Below are positions 48,970-63,699 of a stretch of 64,000 nt of DNA, one piece after another. The position numbers and the translations under genes are program-made. The notes under the pieces are model-generated. The model saw nothing but the letters and a program-made list of their open reading frames with translations, was not told the DNA's origin and did no database searches. The DNA is from Octopus sinensis (taxonomy: Eukaryota): NCBI RefSeq assembly GCF_006345805.1, contig NC_043010.1, positions 30,690,001 to 30,754,000 on the forward strand. The letters run 5' to 3'. Position 1 is the stretch's first letter; each line of letters opens with the position of its first letter.

Positions 48970-50440
48970 CAGATAACGATTTTAATTCAGTGTTGTGTCA
49001 ATTTCGTATATCAAGTTTTCTACAGCCCAGCAAGCTTCCACAATACCAATGAATGTTTCAACCACTGTTTCCTATATATATAAAAAAAAAACGAATTTCG
49101 TTCAAATAAGTAATTGTTTAATCGACAAACAATGGTGAAATAAGTAATTGTTTAATCGACAAACAATGGTAAAACTCGTTTATTGTTCACTGCAGCGACG
49201 AGATTCGTCTCGTTCCAAAATACAATGTTTTTAACATAATAAATCTACAGAGAGATTTTATCTCAGACAATTCCTCGGCATCGTGTCTTCTAATGGTATG
49301 TATATGTTTAGTATAATATACAAATAGCGATTTTAATTTACCGTTGCTTCAGTTGCGTATATCAAGATTTTCTACAGCTCGATGACTTTCCGCAATATTA
49401 GTGTATTTATCCTTATGGATAAACGAATATACTGCAACAGTATAATAGCAATACAATAGAAACAAACGGCAGTAACCACATGGAACTTAATAATCTTTTA
49501 AGAACCAACACGCTCACTTGAACTTTAAGCTTTGAACTATCAGCACACGAGCACGATGATTTTATTCAAACCATAGGGATTAAACAAAGAGGAGACAATG
49601 CACAGGACCAATAGGAGTCGGGGACTTATCGGATGAGGCTACATATAGTGAATAAATACATTGTAATTTCAGATGAAAATGAAAGAATGGATGGACGCGG
49701 AATGTGTTTGACCCCCACCAACCACATTCCTGCGTTTACTTCGTCCTCCCCACCCCCACTATATTTGGCACTTACACATCCAACATTCGGGCTACTTTCG
49801 TCTATCATTTTCCGTACTTTTTTGACGTCAGGCATTTCTTCTCCAGGCGTGCTTTCCCTCTTAGGTGATATAAAAAGAGGTTAACCAAAGCATGCCCGGA
49901 GACGAAGGTGCCTGATGCGATATCTCTTCCACGCGTCTTCCATATTACCTCTTTTGCTATAGCTACTGCGCTTAGAAAGCAGAATTTTTCTTCTCCTTTA
50001 GGATAATACGGCGGAATGATCTTAATCGACTCGGCTGACAGAACTTTTTCTTAATTTGCCACACTTTACTCAGACCGCTACTATTTTAGATGTAGTGGTC
50101 CAGTCCATTCTCGCCAAGGAGAGTCGTACTCTCGCACAACAACTAGTGAACGTTTTATTCACTGTTTCCTATATATCGAAGGACAAATTTCGTTTAGGCA
50201 AGTGACAATCAAGCGTACAGCATTAACAAGACTCTACAATCGCAAAATATCCGTCGTTCTCATTACAGCGACGATGTTCATCTCTGATATATAGTGTGTT
50301 TTTAATACGAAAAGTCTATGAATAAATTTTATTTCACAGAATTCCACAGCACCATATCCTTCTAATGGTTTGTATACATTTAGTATGATGCACAGTTAGC
50401 GATTTTAAGTTAATGGTGTTTCATTTGCGTATACCGAAAT
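48970..50440. repeat. Old degenerate ~355-bp direct repeats (48970-49400 and 50145-50440)
   Basis: gcgattttaa...gcgtatatcaag and cactgtttcctatatat...cttctaatggt recur. Confidence 0.55.
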
Positions 50441-50750
50441 ATTTTTAGTCACACGAAAAATTTCAGCCAACATACATTGCCATCATACATCATACATTTT
50501 AAAACCTGATACTTATTCTAAGGTTGTGTTAGTCGAACTGCTATGTTACCGGGACGTAAACAAGCCAACACCGGTTGTCAAGCGTAGGGACAAACACAAA
50601 ACATACACTTATAAAGTGTGAAAAGGTACATACACACAAAGATAAGACCTCGCACGTGTTCTGGAGAACTACAAATGACTAGTTAATTTATTTGCTCATT
50701 AATAGGGAAACTTTTTACTCTTATGATTTACACACATATATATATACAAC

Positions 50751-51705
50751 GGCGCTCCAGTTGTTCAGCACAATGGTATTTCCTTTGTCCTGTCAAGACC
50801 ACGATTATTAATGATCCTAGGAAATGTTCTATGATCCCAACACGGTCACGGAAAGTTTTTTAAAAAAATTAAAATGCGGCTGGCATTGGGTTAGTTGGTC
50901 AGTCGGCGCGGAACAGCCAGCCAGAAACCGTGAGCGAACAAGGGAGTGAATTGGAGATGGTGGAGTCGGCGACAGACAACGACAAAGATGACAGGCGTGG
51001 TCTAGAGAAAGACAGGCAGTGAGTGTGAGAGATGACAAGCGAGAGGATGTAAGGAAGATGGCAGTGAAGGGGGCAGAGAGAGACATTTTGAGCTCGGACT
51101 GTTATAGTGGGAGTTTCGTGATGAGTGTTGCGGACGAGGAACATGCGGCAATGTTTATTTGTGTTTTGAATTTCGATGTCTAAATGTTTGAAAAAGAAAG
51201 AGAAAGGAAAGCGTGTTGTAGGCTATTTTCAAAAGAAAAGAAAAAGAAAAAAAGAGATAACTTGGAACTTTAAGGGACTGTTGATTTTGAACTTTGTGTT
51301 AGATGTAAATAAAACGATGTGTCTTGAAAAAAAAAGAGAAAATCGAACTGTATTGAGTCAAATGTTAAATGATTGTTTTTCGAACTCTGTATTATGTTTG
51401 AATGCATTTGATTTGGTTTTTCGAACACTGTATTATGTTTAAATGCAATTGATTGTTCTTTGAACTCTGTATATGATTTGTCAACCTTTGTTTTGGAATG
51501 TTTTGATTTTGTTTTTTAAAATATTGTTAAATTATGCAACTTCCGCTGTGTCTCTCTCTTTTGTTGCTGTTATGTTGGTTTCTGGCTGCGTTCGCCGCCT
51601 TCTCCCGCTTTCCGTGGTGGATTTCCGGTTTGCTGAGCGTCGTCGTCGCGACCTAGGGCCCGTGGTGGAATCAGAAGGCCTAGGGTCCTGAGTGGCGACG
51701 TAACA
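50751..51705. mobile_element. Truncated, diverged relative of the 19214 solo LTR
   Basis: Colinear similarity from ggcgctccagttgttc to ...cgtaaca. Confidence 0.7.
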
Positions 51706-51730
51706 ATATATATATATATATATATATATA

Positions 51731-52072
51731 TGGCTTGGGACCCCCTTCGGTCATGACACTGACCATGGGCTTGCACCTAGAAAGTTACACTCCTAGTCAC
51801 AAGTCTGGGCAAGGTGGTTTATGGAAGACCAGCAGTCGCCCATGCATACCGGCCTCCCCTCCCCACGCCACCAGTGTTATCCAAGGGAAAGGCAACAGCC
51901 GATACAACTTGTCACCCGTGACGTCACAACTCATTTCTACAGCTGAGTTAACTGGAGCAACGTGAAATAAAGTGTCTTGCTCAAGAATACAACACGCAGC
52001 CCGGTCCGGAATTCGAGATCACAACCTCACGATCGTAAGCTCGACGTTCTAACCACTGAGTCATGCGCCTTC
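51731..52072 (-). mobile_element. SINE, ggaggcgcgtggcttag family
   Basis: Shared head and core. Confidence 0.7.
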
Positions 52073-52096
52073 ACACACACACACACACACACATAC

Positions 52097-52154
<58 letters not shown>

Positions 52155-52167
<13 letters not shown>

Positions 52168-53217
52168 TCTAGTTGTGTGAGTGTCTGTCCCCTTCGATTT
52201 AGATTCCTAACTCCTCCCACATTTTGCGGTGCAGTTTAACCAAATTCGGGTATCTTATAGTCGTGATTCATATCGAGCCCGTCTGACTATTAGCGCGCGT
52301 CAACGATGAGTGTACGATTTTAAAAATAATTTAACATCATTTTTTATTCCATTTTAATGCATAAAATGCATCGTATGTCGATGGCGGCGGAGTTGGCGTC
52401 CACGCTCACAGCTGCACCTGTTTGCTTCTTCCCCTTCCCTCCCTCGTGAAGCTGTGGGGAAGGGAGTGTAAAGAAATCAACGTCGTAATGCGTTGTGAAG
52501 GAAACCAGCGTTCTTTTAGAACACCGACTTCATGGCTTGAAGACACCAAAACAAAAATGGCTAAGAAAGCCCGAATTTATAAGGGAAGTAACTCTCTAAA
52601 AATGCTTATATAGTTATTTCCCTTACAAACCCGAGCAACGCCGGGCGATACTGCTAGTATATATATAAATTAGAAAAAAAAACACTTTTATCAATTCAAT
52701 AATGAAAAATTATATTATACTATTTAGAAAAATTACATATTATAGAAAGATTAAATATAAGATAAAACATATAACGATGATTAAACAATGTTCAAAATAA
52801 TAAATAAAACTTAAAAATTCTAATTTACATATATCTTTATATATAAAAGTGAGGTTGTGTGCTGTCTGTCTCCTACGATTTAGATTCCTAACTACTCCCA
52901 CATTTTGCGGTGCAGTTTAACCAAAACCGGGTATCTTATAGTCGTGATTCATATCGAGCCCTTCTGGGTATTAGCGCGCGTCTACGATTTAAAAAAAAAT
53001 TACCATCAATTTTTCCCATTTTTAATGCATTTTTGGCATATATAAGGGAAGTAACTCTCTAAAAATTTAGTATTAAATCTCAGAACGTAAAAAGCTACAG
53101 TAACACCCCCCCCTTGTGGTTAGCCATATTGAGATGGCTATTATACTTTACATCTCTAAAAATGCTTATATAGTTATTTCCTTTACAAACCCGAGCAACG
53201 CCGGGCGATACTGCTAG
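52155..53217 (+). mobile_element. Two tandem non-autonomous Helitrons (~52155-52657, 52834-53217)
   Basis: Both end acccgagcaacgccgggcgatactgCTAG|t; shared 5' block, different middles. Confidence 0.8.
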
Positions 53218-54054
53218 TATATATATAAAACTGAGAATGTGTGTCTGTCTGTGTGAATCTCTAAAACTTGAGAACTACACAACCAATTTCATTCAAATTG
53301 TACACATGCCCTACTTAGGGTCCAGGGAGTGTAATGGGCAAAAAAATTTCTAACTTCTTGCCTAGGGCGAGCCCACAGCAATATCATATCTTCTCCACTA
53401 TTTCAGTATTACGTGTTAAAAGTGAAACAAAAACAACTCTCTATTGCAATGTCAGATACTTTCACTTTAATACTGAAACTATTAAAGTCAAACTGTTATA
53501 TAAGAGGGATGAACCATTAACAGTGGACATCCATTTTGCTAGAAGAAGATCCGCTATGGTCTTATATGCTACACCACTGGTTTTCAATTCATATTAATCA
53601 AATTAATATTCAATTTCTCACTCTTATTATTTTAAATTTAAATTTAAATCCAGGACCATGTGTTTTGGAACGAAGTTTGTTACCACACATCTACACCTGC
53701 ACCTATGTATGTGTGTAAAGCTGTATATGTATACATTTATTTCTATACATATAGATGTATATGTATACATGTATATGTGTAGATGTATATATATATATAT
53801 ATCGTGATGTAAATATGCCATTTGAATATGGCTAACCCCTAAGGGTGGATGCTACTGTAGTTTTTAGCTCCAGGAAGACATCTCCTCCAGCTGGCTATAG
53901 ACACACTTTCTGTGCCCTATCAGTATTTGCAAAGGGAAGCAATCCTATCATTATATATATATAGATGTACATGTAATATGTACACATATATATTCACATA
54001 TATACATGCATACATATATACACCCATACACACATACACACACACACACATACA

Positions 54055-54365
54055 TAGGTGCAGGTGTGGCTGTGTGGTAACAAACTTGGTTCCAAAACAC
54101 ATGGTCCTGGGTTCAGTCCCACTGTGTGGCGACTTGGCATGTGTCTTCTGCTATAGCCTCAGACCAACCAAAGCCTTGTCAGTGGCTTTTGTAGACAGAA
54201 ACTGAAAGAAATCAATCGTATATATACGTATGTATATATGTAAGTCTGTGTGTGCGTCTTTGTGTTTCTACCTCATCACTGCCTCACAACTGGTGTTCGT
54301 TTATTTACATCCCCATAACTTACTAGTTTCACAAGAAGAAACTAATAGAATAAGTACCAAGCTTC
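54055..54365 (+). mobile_element. Ceph-like SINE
   Basis: Shared head and core. Confidence 0.7.
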
Positions 54366-54502
54366 AAGCTTATCAACATGAAAAAAGCACTACGCTGTGT
54401 CCCATATTTTTGTTTGCCCACTCAGTTGTATCTATCAACTTATCTTTGTGTGTGTGTATATATATATATATAATACCCACACAGACACACGCACATACAC
54501 AC

Positions 54503-54593
<91 letters not shown>

Positions 54594-54605
54594 ATATGTG
54601 TACAT

Positions 54606-56188
54606 TCATATTTATTATATCAAAGACAATGTCTTTATGTGTTTGTGTATTACTTATACATTCGAAAACTGCTGCACCGATCATAATGAAATTTGGAACA
54701 CAAAATCGAAGCCTAGGGAGAAGGTTAATGCTGTGTGTTTCATACAATTTCATGGACCAAAATTACTGATTGGATCCTTATGATATTTAAAACTTAGATT
54801 CAATGCATAAGGGCGGGTATAATGCAATATGTTTGGTTTGAATTTCAGATTGCTTAAAGGGGGCAGAACCCCTCTATGAAAATTCATGAATTTTCGATGT
54901 TGATGAAATTTCAACCATGGGTAATTGACACGCATCAAGAAGTATTCTCAAAGTTTCCACTTCACATGAGGATTCTAAGACACCCTAATGGGAGCCTTAA
55001 CTCCCAAATTTAGTCATTTCTTTTATGATCCAAAACTAAGTCAAAAGTACTGAATGGATCTTCACGAAATTTGGAAATTATATTCTATGCATAAGGGCCA
55101 CAACCCCATGACAATTCATATATTTTTGCTGTTGATGAGATTTTAACCATAGATATTAGATACAAATGAAGTAATATTTATAAAACTTCATCTTCTTACA
55201 AGTTAGAAAGACCTCTTCATGGGGACTTAACACCCACAATTTTGTCATTTTATCTAAGCAAAGACGAATAGTTGTACTCTTGGAAGCTGTAGGGTCATCC
55301 GAGCATAGAAGATGAGCATCATTTGTAATTCAATTGTACAACAGTGTTGGAGTTTGCTTTGACATACACTTAGATTGTGATTTCTACAATGTGCTGCATA
55401 AATTGTCAAGTAAATGAGAGGCATCTTTGCCTCCACTGATTCAGTTGCAAAGTGTTGAGTAAAGTTATTTGATTGCAGATCTTTCAGTCTTTTTATTATC
55501 ACTGGGTCACACATAGTCCCCACATGGTAACATTGATTACAAGGCCTTCCCAGATGAGTGACTGGTTATTCAAAGACATTTATAGATTGTATATTTATTC
55601 TGTCCAGTTACGTATCACTATAGTGGTCATTTGCAAACTCCAACTTTCATTTCTCCTTAGCCCTCACGTCACACAGTTGTTAATGTTTATTTCGGTTGGG
55701 TCACGCCCTTCCAATTGCTATAGATTCGTAATGCATCTTACGGCTCTGCCTGTCACCTGGATGGTGAGGAATCCTACATTGGGAGTGGTAGCGACTAGGG
55801 TACTGTAGCTGACTGCTTATTGTGATCATTCGTCTTTTGGTTTCCTGTAGCTTTGCTCTCTTTTACAAACCCAGTGAACATATATTTCCATTTTCAAAGA
55901 AATTCAAACAATAGATATAAGACCCAAGTTAAAAAGATTCTCAACAATTCAACTTCTCTGGTTGACATTAAGATGCCCACCCCCAATAGGGGCGTTAACT
56001 TTCACATTTTAGAGCTCCATGACCTCCATTTTTCAGGAGCAAAATCCTTTTAACAGGTTCTATAAGAGTGGAATTTTGGAACATGCGCATAAAAATTAGT
56101 AGTATGGGATACATGTGGCACGATTACAATTTTGTTTGGGTGTGTAAAGAGGGAAATAAAACTCATCTGCAATTTTGATGAAATTCGA
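54606..56188 (+). mobile_element. 5' and internal part of a long non-autonomous Helitron-like element
   Basis: Helitron-type 5' block (ccgatcataatgaaatttgg); distal 619 bp match 8609-9227, which continues into a Helitron 3' end. Confidence 0.55.
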
Positions 56189-56666
56189 GAAGGAACAAAC
56201 AAAACCATCAACAAATCATCTTCGCAGGTTGTTCCGGGTTCGAACGACTACCATTACATTATTACTATTGGTGTTCATTAGTACGGATAGGTTTATATTT
56301 TCTCAGAGTTCCTGTAATGATATTTAATTCCAGTCTCTTCTGTTATTGTGTCTCTGTCGAAAGTTTCTGGTTTCGTTGGGAGGATTTTCGTACCATGTTG
56401 TATATTGTTCATGTTATTTCTCAAATCCCACAAAAGTGGGGAATCCAATAATTGGGGGGAATATGAACGGGTGTTGGTTTGTTTACGTACCTATAATTTA
56501 GCAGTTCAGTAAAAAGTGACGATCTAAAGAGTACTAGACTTCAAAAATAAGTATTCTGCAAGACGATGCTCGACAATGACCCTAGTCTATCTAATGACTG
56601 AAACAAGTATAAGAATAAAAGAATGTGTATGTGTGTGTGTGCGTGCGTGTGTATCCTTGTCTGTGT

Positions 56667-56760
<94 letters not shown>

Positions 56761-56761
56761 T

Positions 56762-56856
<95 letters not shown>

Positions 56857-56858
<2 letters not shown>

Positions 56859-57253
56859 GTTTTTTTATTAGCCACACGGCTGCACACAGACGGGACAGAT
56901 TACAAAGTAGAGCTTTTCTTTTTGGGGAGAAGAAGAAAAAAAAGTGGGGTCAGGTTTTTGATCAAAAGGGATCGTAAAAGAAAGAAAAACGACGATCAAT
57001 AGGTGTCGTGGATCACAGAAATGTCATGATGTAAAGTGTAAAGATGGAAGCAGATAAGGTTTATTCGTGGAAAGAAAAGCCTACGGAAAAGACCACGGTA
57101 ACCTCGGTCAATAATGACACATTTGTTTGCAAGTAAATAACCCTCTGTTTTAAATTTTTCCGGGTTCATAGGATTATGCTCAAGGTGGCTTCGTCATTCA
57201 TACGTTCCATCCTTGCTACATTCACCCATCTTTTTTTTAAACATTCGCTAAAC

Positions 57254-57256
<3 letters not shown>
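56857..57256 (-). mobile_element. Second, heavily 5'-truncated Tx1-like copy (3' UTR and ORF end)
   Basis: Similar to 57308-57750; (GATA)n on both sides. Confidence 0.8.
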
Positions 57257-57307
<51 letters not shown>

Positions 57308-57308
<1 letters not shown>

Positions 57309-60300
57309 TGTTTCTTTATTAGCCACACAGGGCTGCACACAGACGGGACAAATTACAAGGTAGAGCTTTTCATTTTGGGGATAAAAAAAGGGGATTTGGT
57401 TTTCGATCAAAAGGGATCGTAAAAGGAAAGAAAGAGGAAAGCAAAAAAGGGGGGGAGGATAAAAAATAAAAGGAAAAAGAAAAAAATCGATCAATAGGGA
57501 TCGTTATCACATAAATGTCAATGTAAAGTGTAAAGGGGAGGACAGGTGAGGTTTACCTGTGGAAAGAAAAGCCTACGGAAAAGACCACGGTAACCTCGGA
57601 CAATGAAGTCACATTTTATATTTTTTTACAAATAAGCAACTCTCTGTATTAATTTTTACGGTTCATAGGATCATAGTCAAGGTGGCTTCGTCATTCATGT
57701 GCCATCCTTGCTACATTCACCCATCTTTTTTTAAAACATTCACTAGACAAAACTTGCCTCTCTACTCTCACTTTCCTCTTCAAGTGATACTTGAAGAAGT
57801 TGATGAGAGATTGACCAGAGAGGAAAGTGTTTGTCTCTAATCCTTTCAGGCGCGTCCACCAGATACATTCTTTCGCCATAGCCACAAGTATGATAAAAAT
57901 AGCACTTCCTTCCCGTTTGAAGGAAGGAGACGTGACGATATTAACGATAGACTCGGCTGATAAACCGACACGTCCCACACGTGACAGCAGTCGTTCGACA
58001 TAAGCCCACAGGTCAAGATTGTTGGACACTGCACGAGTGCGTGTTGAACGGTTTCGTCGCTCTTCCCGCATCTCGGGCAGGTTGGCCCCGTGTTTCTCGA
58101 GCCATGCCTATAGAGCTTATCCCGAACGGGTAGCGCTTCTCGGTAGCACTGCCAGGCCAGGGATCTCTGGAAGTTGTCCATAGCTCCCGGCCCGAAAGTC
58201 GTCTCAAACAGGCGGGTCAGGTATTCCTCGTCGACGCCCAGGTTCGCTCCAAGATCGTTGTCGTACCTCCCCTCCACTAATCCCTTATAGAATGCTTAGG
58301 TTGTGTTGAAGTCACTCAAGGTCGACCCGGGACGACATAGTTGCTTGAGAGCAACGCGACTCTCGCGGTGCCATTCGCCCTTCCTTGGCCTCTTTTTGAT
58401 CCACGGCTGCAGTTCTGTCAGGGAGACGAGCTGCGGGAAAGCGTGCCTCACAAACGGCGACCACACCTGTTCACCGTCGTCTACATAGAGCCGGAGATGT
58501 CGCAGTCTCAGCACGTGTCTGCGCATCATCAACCACGGCTTGCCCAGCCCTCCTTTTAACGGGTGTTGACAGCAAATGGATCGCCTGACCATCGGGACGC
58601 ATCCTTTCCACAAGAAGCGGAAGAGAATGCGTTCTAGTTTGGTGATGTTAGGGTCGGGACAAGGTACGACAGTCAGGCGGTAGTAGATGATGGACGCGAT
58701 GTACGTGTTCGCCACCTCCGTCCGACCTTTTAGGGACACTTTCCTCTTGGCCCATTGCCGGGCGAGAGTGACCACCCTACTCGTTATCTTGTTCCAGTTC
58801 TTCTCCATTTGGAGGTCCGGACCGAACCAGACCCCAAGCAACTCAACCGGGCCGTCCGTCCAGCGTCCCACGACGGAGGTGCTGGTGGAGGGCATGGGCT
58901 TGCTTCTCCAGGTGCCGAGCCGCAAGCCCACTGACTTTTCCCCGGTTGATTTTCGCTCCTGTCACCGCTTCGTAGTCTTTCAATGTCTCGCCAACCAGCT
59001 CGATGTGCTCGTGGCTTGACACTATGACGGTGACGTCGTCCGCGTATGCAGACACGCTCGTCCCGCATCCCAATTCTCGCGGGATGCCCCTCGGAGTCGC
59101 CAGCTTCCTCAGTAGTGGCTCGAGAGTCAATACGTATAGAAGCGATGAGAGGGGGCATCCCTGACGGACCGAACGTGCAATGTCGAAAGGTCTCGATAGA
59201 TGTCCATTTACGCGAATTACCGAACGGATACCTCTGTACAAAGCAGCTATCCAGCCGCGGAAGACGGAACCGAAACTCTCAGGACTGCCTCCAAGTATCG
59301 ATGGTCTACCCTATCGAAAGCTTTCGATTGATCAGGGCCCCACCCATGCCAGGTTCCTTAACTACTCTGTCTATGATGTAGCGCATCAGATGAAGATTGT
59401 CATCCATCCTTAGAGCACGCATCCTAGCCCTGACATCACACCCTTCGTGTTTGGCGTTGAAGTGCTGGTCGAGGGCCAACCTCGCCACTAAAACGTCGGA
59501 TGTGATGCCGCTTCTTATTGCCTCTTCTAACTTCTTAACTAACTCACCCTCTACTTTATTTCTATCTACGGCTAGTGCCTTGCTATATCTAATTGCTTCC
59601 GCTTTTACTGCTCTCTTGAGGGCGAACCACCATTTGTTGTTGACGATGGCTCCCGTTAAAACCCTCTTTACTAACGTGTTGATTCTGTCTCTGAAAACCT
59701 GTCTGGGCGGGAAAGATGCGTTCAGTTTCCAGTAACCAGGACCCTGTCTATGTGCCTTATCTAAGTCTAGCGTACACGTCACGAATTTGTGGTCCGTGTA
59801 GCTGACTGTGTGGAATTGTGAACATCCTAAGTTATCCCTGTCTACTGTCCTACACAGTATTCTATCTAGATACGATCTCGACGACCCACTGCGGTTGCTC
59901 CATGTCCACGTTGGTGCATTTGGTGCACGTTGGTGCATTTGGGTAGTCGAGTCGGTACCTGTCAGACAGTTGGAATCGTCTGAGCATGTCTCTGAGGCAT
60001 TTGCATCCCCTTCTGTTTTTGTCTCTCCCCACATAGTCTAGATGCGTGTCCAAGGTAGCATTCCAATCCCCCACTAAAAGTAAAGGACGAGACATTCCCA
60101 GGAATACTTCTAGACGTCGAAAGAAATCCGGCCGACCTGTTAAAGGCGGTGCGTAGACTGATACGAGTCGAAAAGCGCACCCATTGCTGCCGTCAACATC
60201 CAGGACGACCAGTCTACCCTCCGGGTCTACGAATATCGTCTTGACTTCGAGATCCAGGCTCTTGTGAAAAAGTTCCGTGGTGCCGCTACCGCCCATCCTC

Positions 60301-60504
60301 GGCAGACAGGGAGAAAAATAAATGTTAAACTGTCCGCCAAACATGGACTTTAGGGCCCGTGGCTCGTGGAGTCTGGTCTCACTTATGGCTATGATTCCCA
60401 AATCGTGTGACTTGATATCATTTAGGAGGTATCCTTGTTTCCAAGGAGACCCCAAGCCACACGCATTCACACAACCAATCTTGACCATGATTCTATTGAG
60501 GCTT
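57308..60504 (-). mobile_element. Tx1/L1-clade LINE ORF2 pseudogene (APE-RT-zinc knuckle) with frameshifts and an internal deletion
   Basis: MVKIGCVNACGL...ISETRL, GDWNA, SYLDR, YTDH, GYWKLN, VRQGCPLS, AYADDV, CPRCGKSDETVQHAL..C. Confidence 0.9.
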
Positions 60505-60531
60505 GACAGACAGACAGACAGACAGATAGAT

Positions 60532-60602
<71 letters not shown>

Positions 60603-61172
60603 GGGTGTGTGTGTGTGTTTGCGTTGATCATTAGGTTTGAATATATTTCACCAAGGACTTCGAATAACACAAAAAGCGCTTGTTGCTTTGAAAGGCTGAT
60701 CCGCTCCCTCATGCAGAGTCTAATGGAGTTATTTCCCTTGACTACCTTTTTCTTAGACATTACATACTGAAAGAGGGAGTTTTCATTTACTAACGCATCA
60801 ATAATCGTAGTTGATAGAAGTTTCTGAAATCTCTGTATTACATATATGAAACCTTCGGTGTTTTTACTAAGTGTGCAGAACGCTGCTCTGAAATTTTTTC
60901 TGCTCATGCATATTGCTGATTTTTCTACAAGCCAATCAGCGCACATTGGTCGACCCTTCTCTAACTGTTATCTTCTCTCAGTCTCTTTGTTTCTGTCTCC
61001 CTCCCCCACCTCTCGCTTCCCGTTCAATTTTATCGTATTTACTTTCCTTTCCGAGTAAGTCTCAATCTCAAACACCCCATACCCTCTCTCCCTCTCTCTC
61101 TCTTATACACGCAAACCGGAGCGCGCACTCACACACACACACGCTCATACACCTCTCATGCATACCTTTACT

Positions 61173-61421
61173 ATTTCTTTACTACCCACAAGGGGCTAAA
61201 CACAGAGGGGATAAACGGATTAAGTCGATTATATCGACCCCAGTGCGTAACTGGTACTTATTTAATCGACCCCGAAAGGATGAAAGGCAAAGTCGACCTC
61301 GGCGGAATTTGAACTCAGAACGTAACCGCAGACGAAATACTGCTAAGCATTTCGCCCGGCGTGCAAACGATTCTACCAGCTCGCCGCCTTGACCAGCTCG
61401 CCGCCTTACCAGCTCGCCGCC
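61173..61421 (-). mobile_element. Young Nin/Deu-like SINE with triplicated 5' 16-mer
   Basis: Near-consensus copy; accagctcgccgcctt three times at 61375-61423. Confidence 0.85.
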
Positions 61422-62254
61422 TTTCTCATTCATACCTTTACTTTCTTATCACCTCCTCCACTCTTACACCCATATTCCCCTACTTTCAATTCCTCACTTT
61501 TATTCATCTTGCTTTTTTCGCATCATCATTTTGTCTTTCTTTTATACATCAGACTTTGAATTTCAGGAAACGAATCCAAAATGGACAGTGCGTTCTGAAT
61601 GATTAAAAAATGCATCATTACTCGCACAAAATCCAGGGGGAAAAAATAAAATTTCTCTATATTTTATCTCGTTATGATAAATAAATAAATTTCGTAATTA
61701 TTCATAAGCATCAAATGATACAACATCCAGCGATTGTTTTGTTTTAGGTTTGAGAATTAACAGCTACCAAGGCGGTAATTCTCATCAGTGGACACCGGTC
61801 GGCGCATCTCTTCTTATTGCCACACGGAAGCCTTCCCTTTCCATCTCTTTCTCTCCCTCCCTCCCTCTCTCTCTCTCTCTCTCTCTCCTTTCTTCTTTTC
61901 ATTACTCCTCTCCCTTCCTCTCAGTTACAGTGACTACGGCTTGGCAAGTCTTAACACAGCCACATCAAAGCAAATGTGTGTGCATCTGTTATTTCGATGC
62001 CAGTAAAACAAACAGCAACGCTGCCGGCAACTAATAATAATAGTAATAAAAATAACTTGTTTTGTGATAGAATCTGCAGAATGTCAAAGTGTTAATTTTA
62101 ATACCTCTCTCTTGCACTCGCACTGACAACAACAACAGCGTCAGCAGTTAGAAGTAAGTTCCTCCCACTCTTAATTCACACTACCTGCTTTTCTCTTTCT
62201 GTCACACTGTACACTTTCTCTTTTTTATTCTATCAGGTCAAGACATACAATAGG

Positions 62255-62294
<40 letters not shown>

Positions 62295-62863
62295 CACAGT
62301 AGTGTGTGTTCTTGTATAGTAAAGTATTACATACATTGTAACGTCTGTATAAACCTGTTGATTTTTATTATTTGTATCTTTCTGCGTATCTTGTCTCGTA
62401 TCAACGCATGAATTCGTATTAAATAGAAGAAAACACGCACATACATACACATGTCAACTGTTTACCATATTTGGACATTAAACCAAGTGGACAACCCTGA
62501 GAAACTTTACATTTTGTGAATGGAGTTATCAGGTTTTGATGTAATGATCGTTTCCTCTTCCTAGGCCACAAATCTTTCTATTTTTCAAAAGGTTTAGGTG
62601 AAGACGAATATTAGAATGTTATGAGGTTCATGCTCTTTTTTTATTTGTGTATTAGCTGCATAAATGAATTGAAATTGCCTCGTAAAAAAGCAGACATTGG
62701 AACGTATATTACGTTGACGATAGTCAATTAATAATTTAGCGCTAATTACTTTCCTGATATCTACTTCAGGAATAGAAAAGTAACGTGTGTGCATATTTCC
62801 ATATATAGGTATATACATATATATTTGCGCGCGCGCAACACACACACACACATACACACACAC

Positions 62864-62895
<32 letters not shown>

Positions 62896-63439
62896 ACACA
62901 CAGCTATATATCATTTAATGTCCATGCTCGCACAGGTTGGACCGTGCGGTAGGATCCGAAAAAGGCAAGGACATGTAGAAGTGTTGGAAGGAGAATGGTT
63001 CGCAAGATCGCCGTTGGTATTAGCAGAGGAAGCCAAGTAAATAGGTAGATCGATGAAAACTGCAAAAATTTGAAGGTAAGGGGCATCTGGGTCAACTTGG
63101 AGAAGGGGAAGTAATTAACAGTGACAGGTGGACAACGGTAGTAGATAAAGGTGAGAGTAGTGATGTTGATGAACGAGATGGCTGAGAGACACAACATGTA
63201 GTTAAAGTGTATTGGATAGAGGTATGATGAGTCCAAAGCCCCTTCCTATATGTATGTAGGCTTTGCTGAAGAGCAAGTGAGCTGAGTGATGAGGGTAGAG
63301 TGATCAATACAGGTGGTAGGGATATGAGAGAGGTACCATTATTTAAGATGAGCAAAAAGTGGGATTGAGCAATATGTCGATGGAATGGAATGAAGGGTGT
63401 ATAATTAGAGAGCAGCAGATGTAAGACTAGCCGTGTAGA

Positions 63440-63658
63440 AATGTTGATTTTAAATTTTGGCACAAGGCCAGCTATTTCGGGGGAGGAGGTAAGTTGATTG
63501 AATCGACCCTGTGTTCAATTGGTACCTATTTTATTGACTATGAAAAGATGGAAGGCAAAGTCAACTTTAACAGTATTTGAATCCAGAACATGAAGATGGA
63601 TAAAATGCTCCTAAACATTAAACTCAGCATGCTAACAATTCTGCCAGCTTGCCACCTT
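63440..63658 (-). mobile_element. Nin/Deu-like SINE, CpG-decayed
   Basis: Shared core. Confidence 0.7.
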
Positions 63659-63699
63659 GAGCAGCCTCTAAACTCATCCCATGAGTTAGAGTGCATGTG

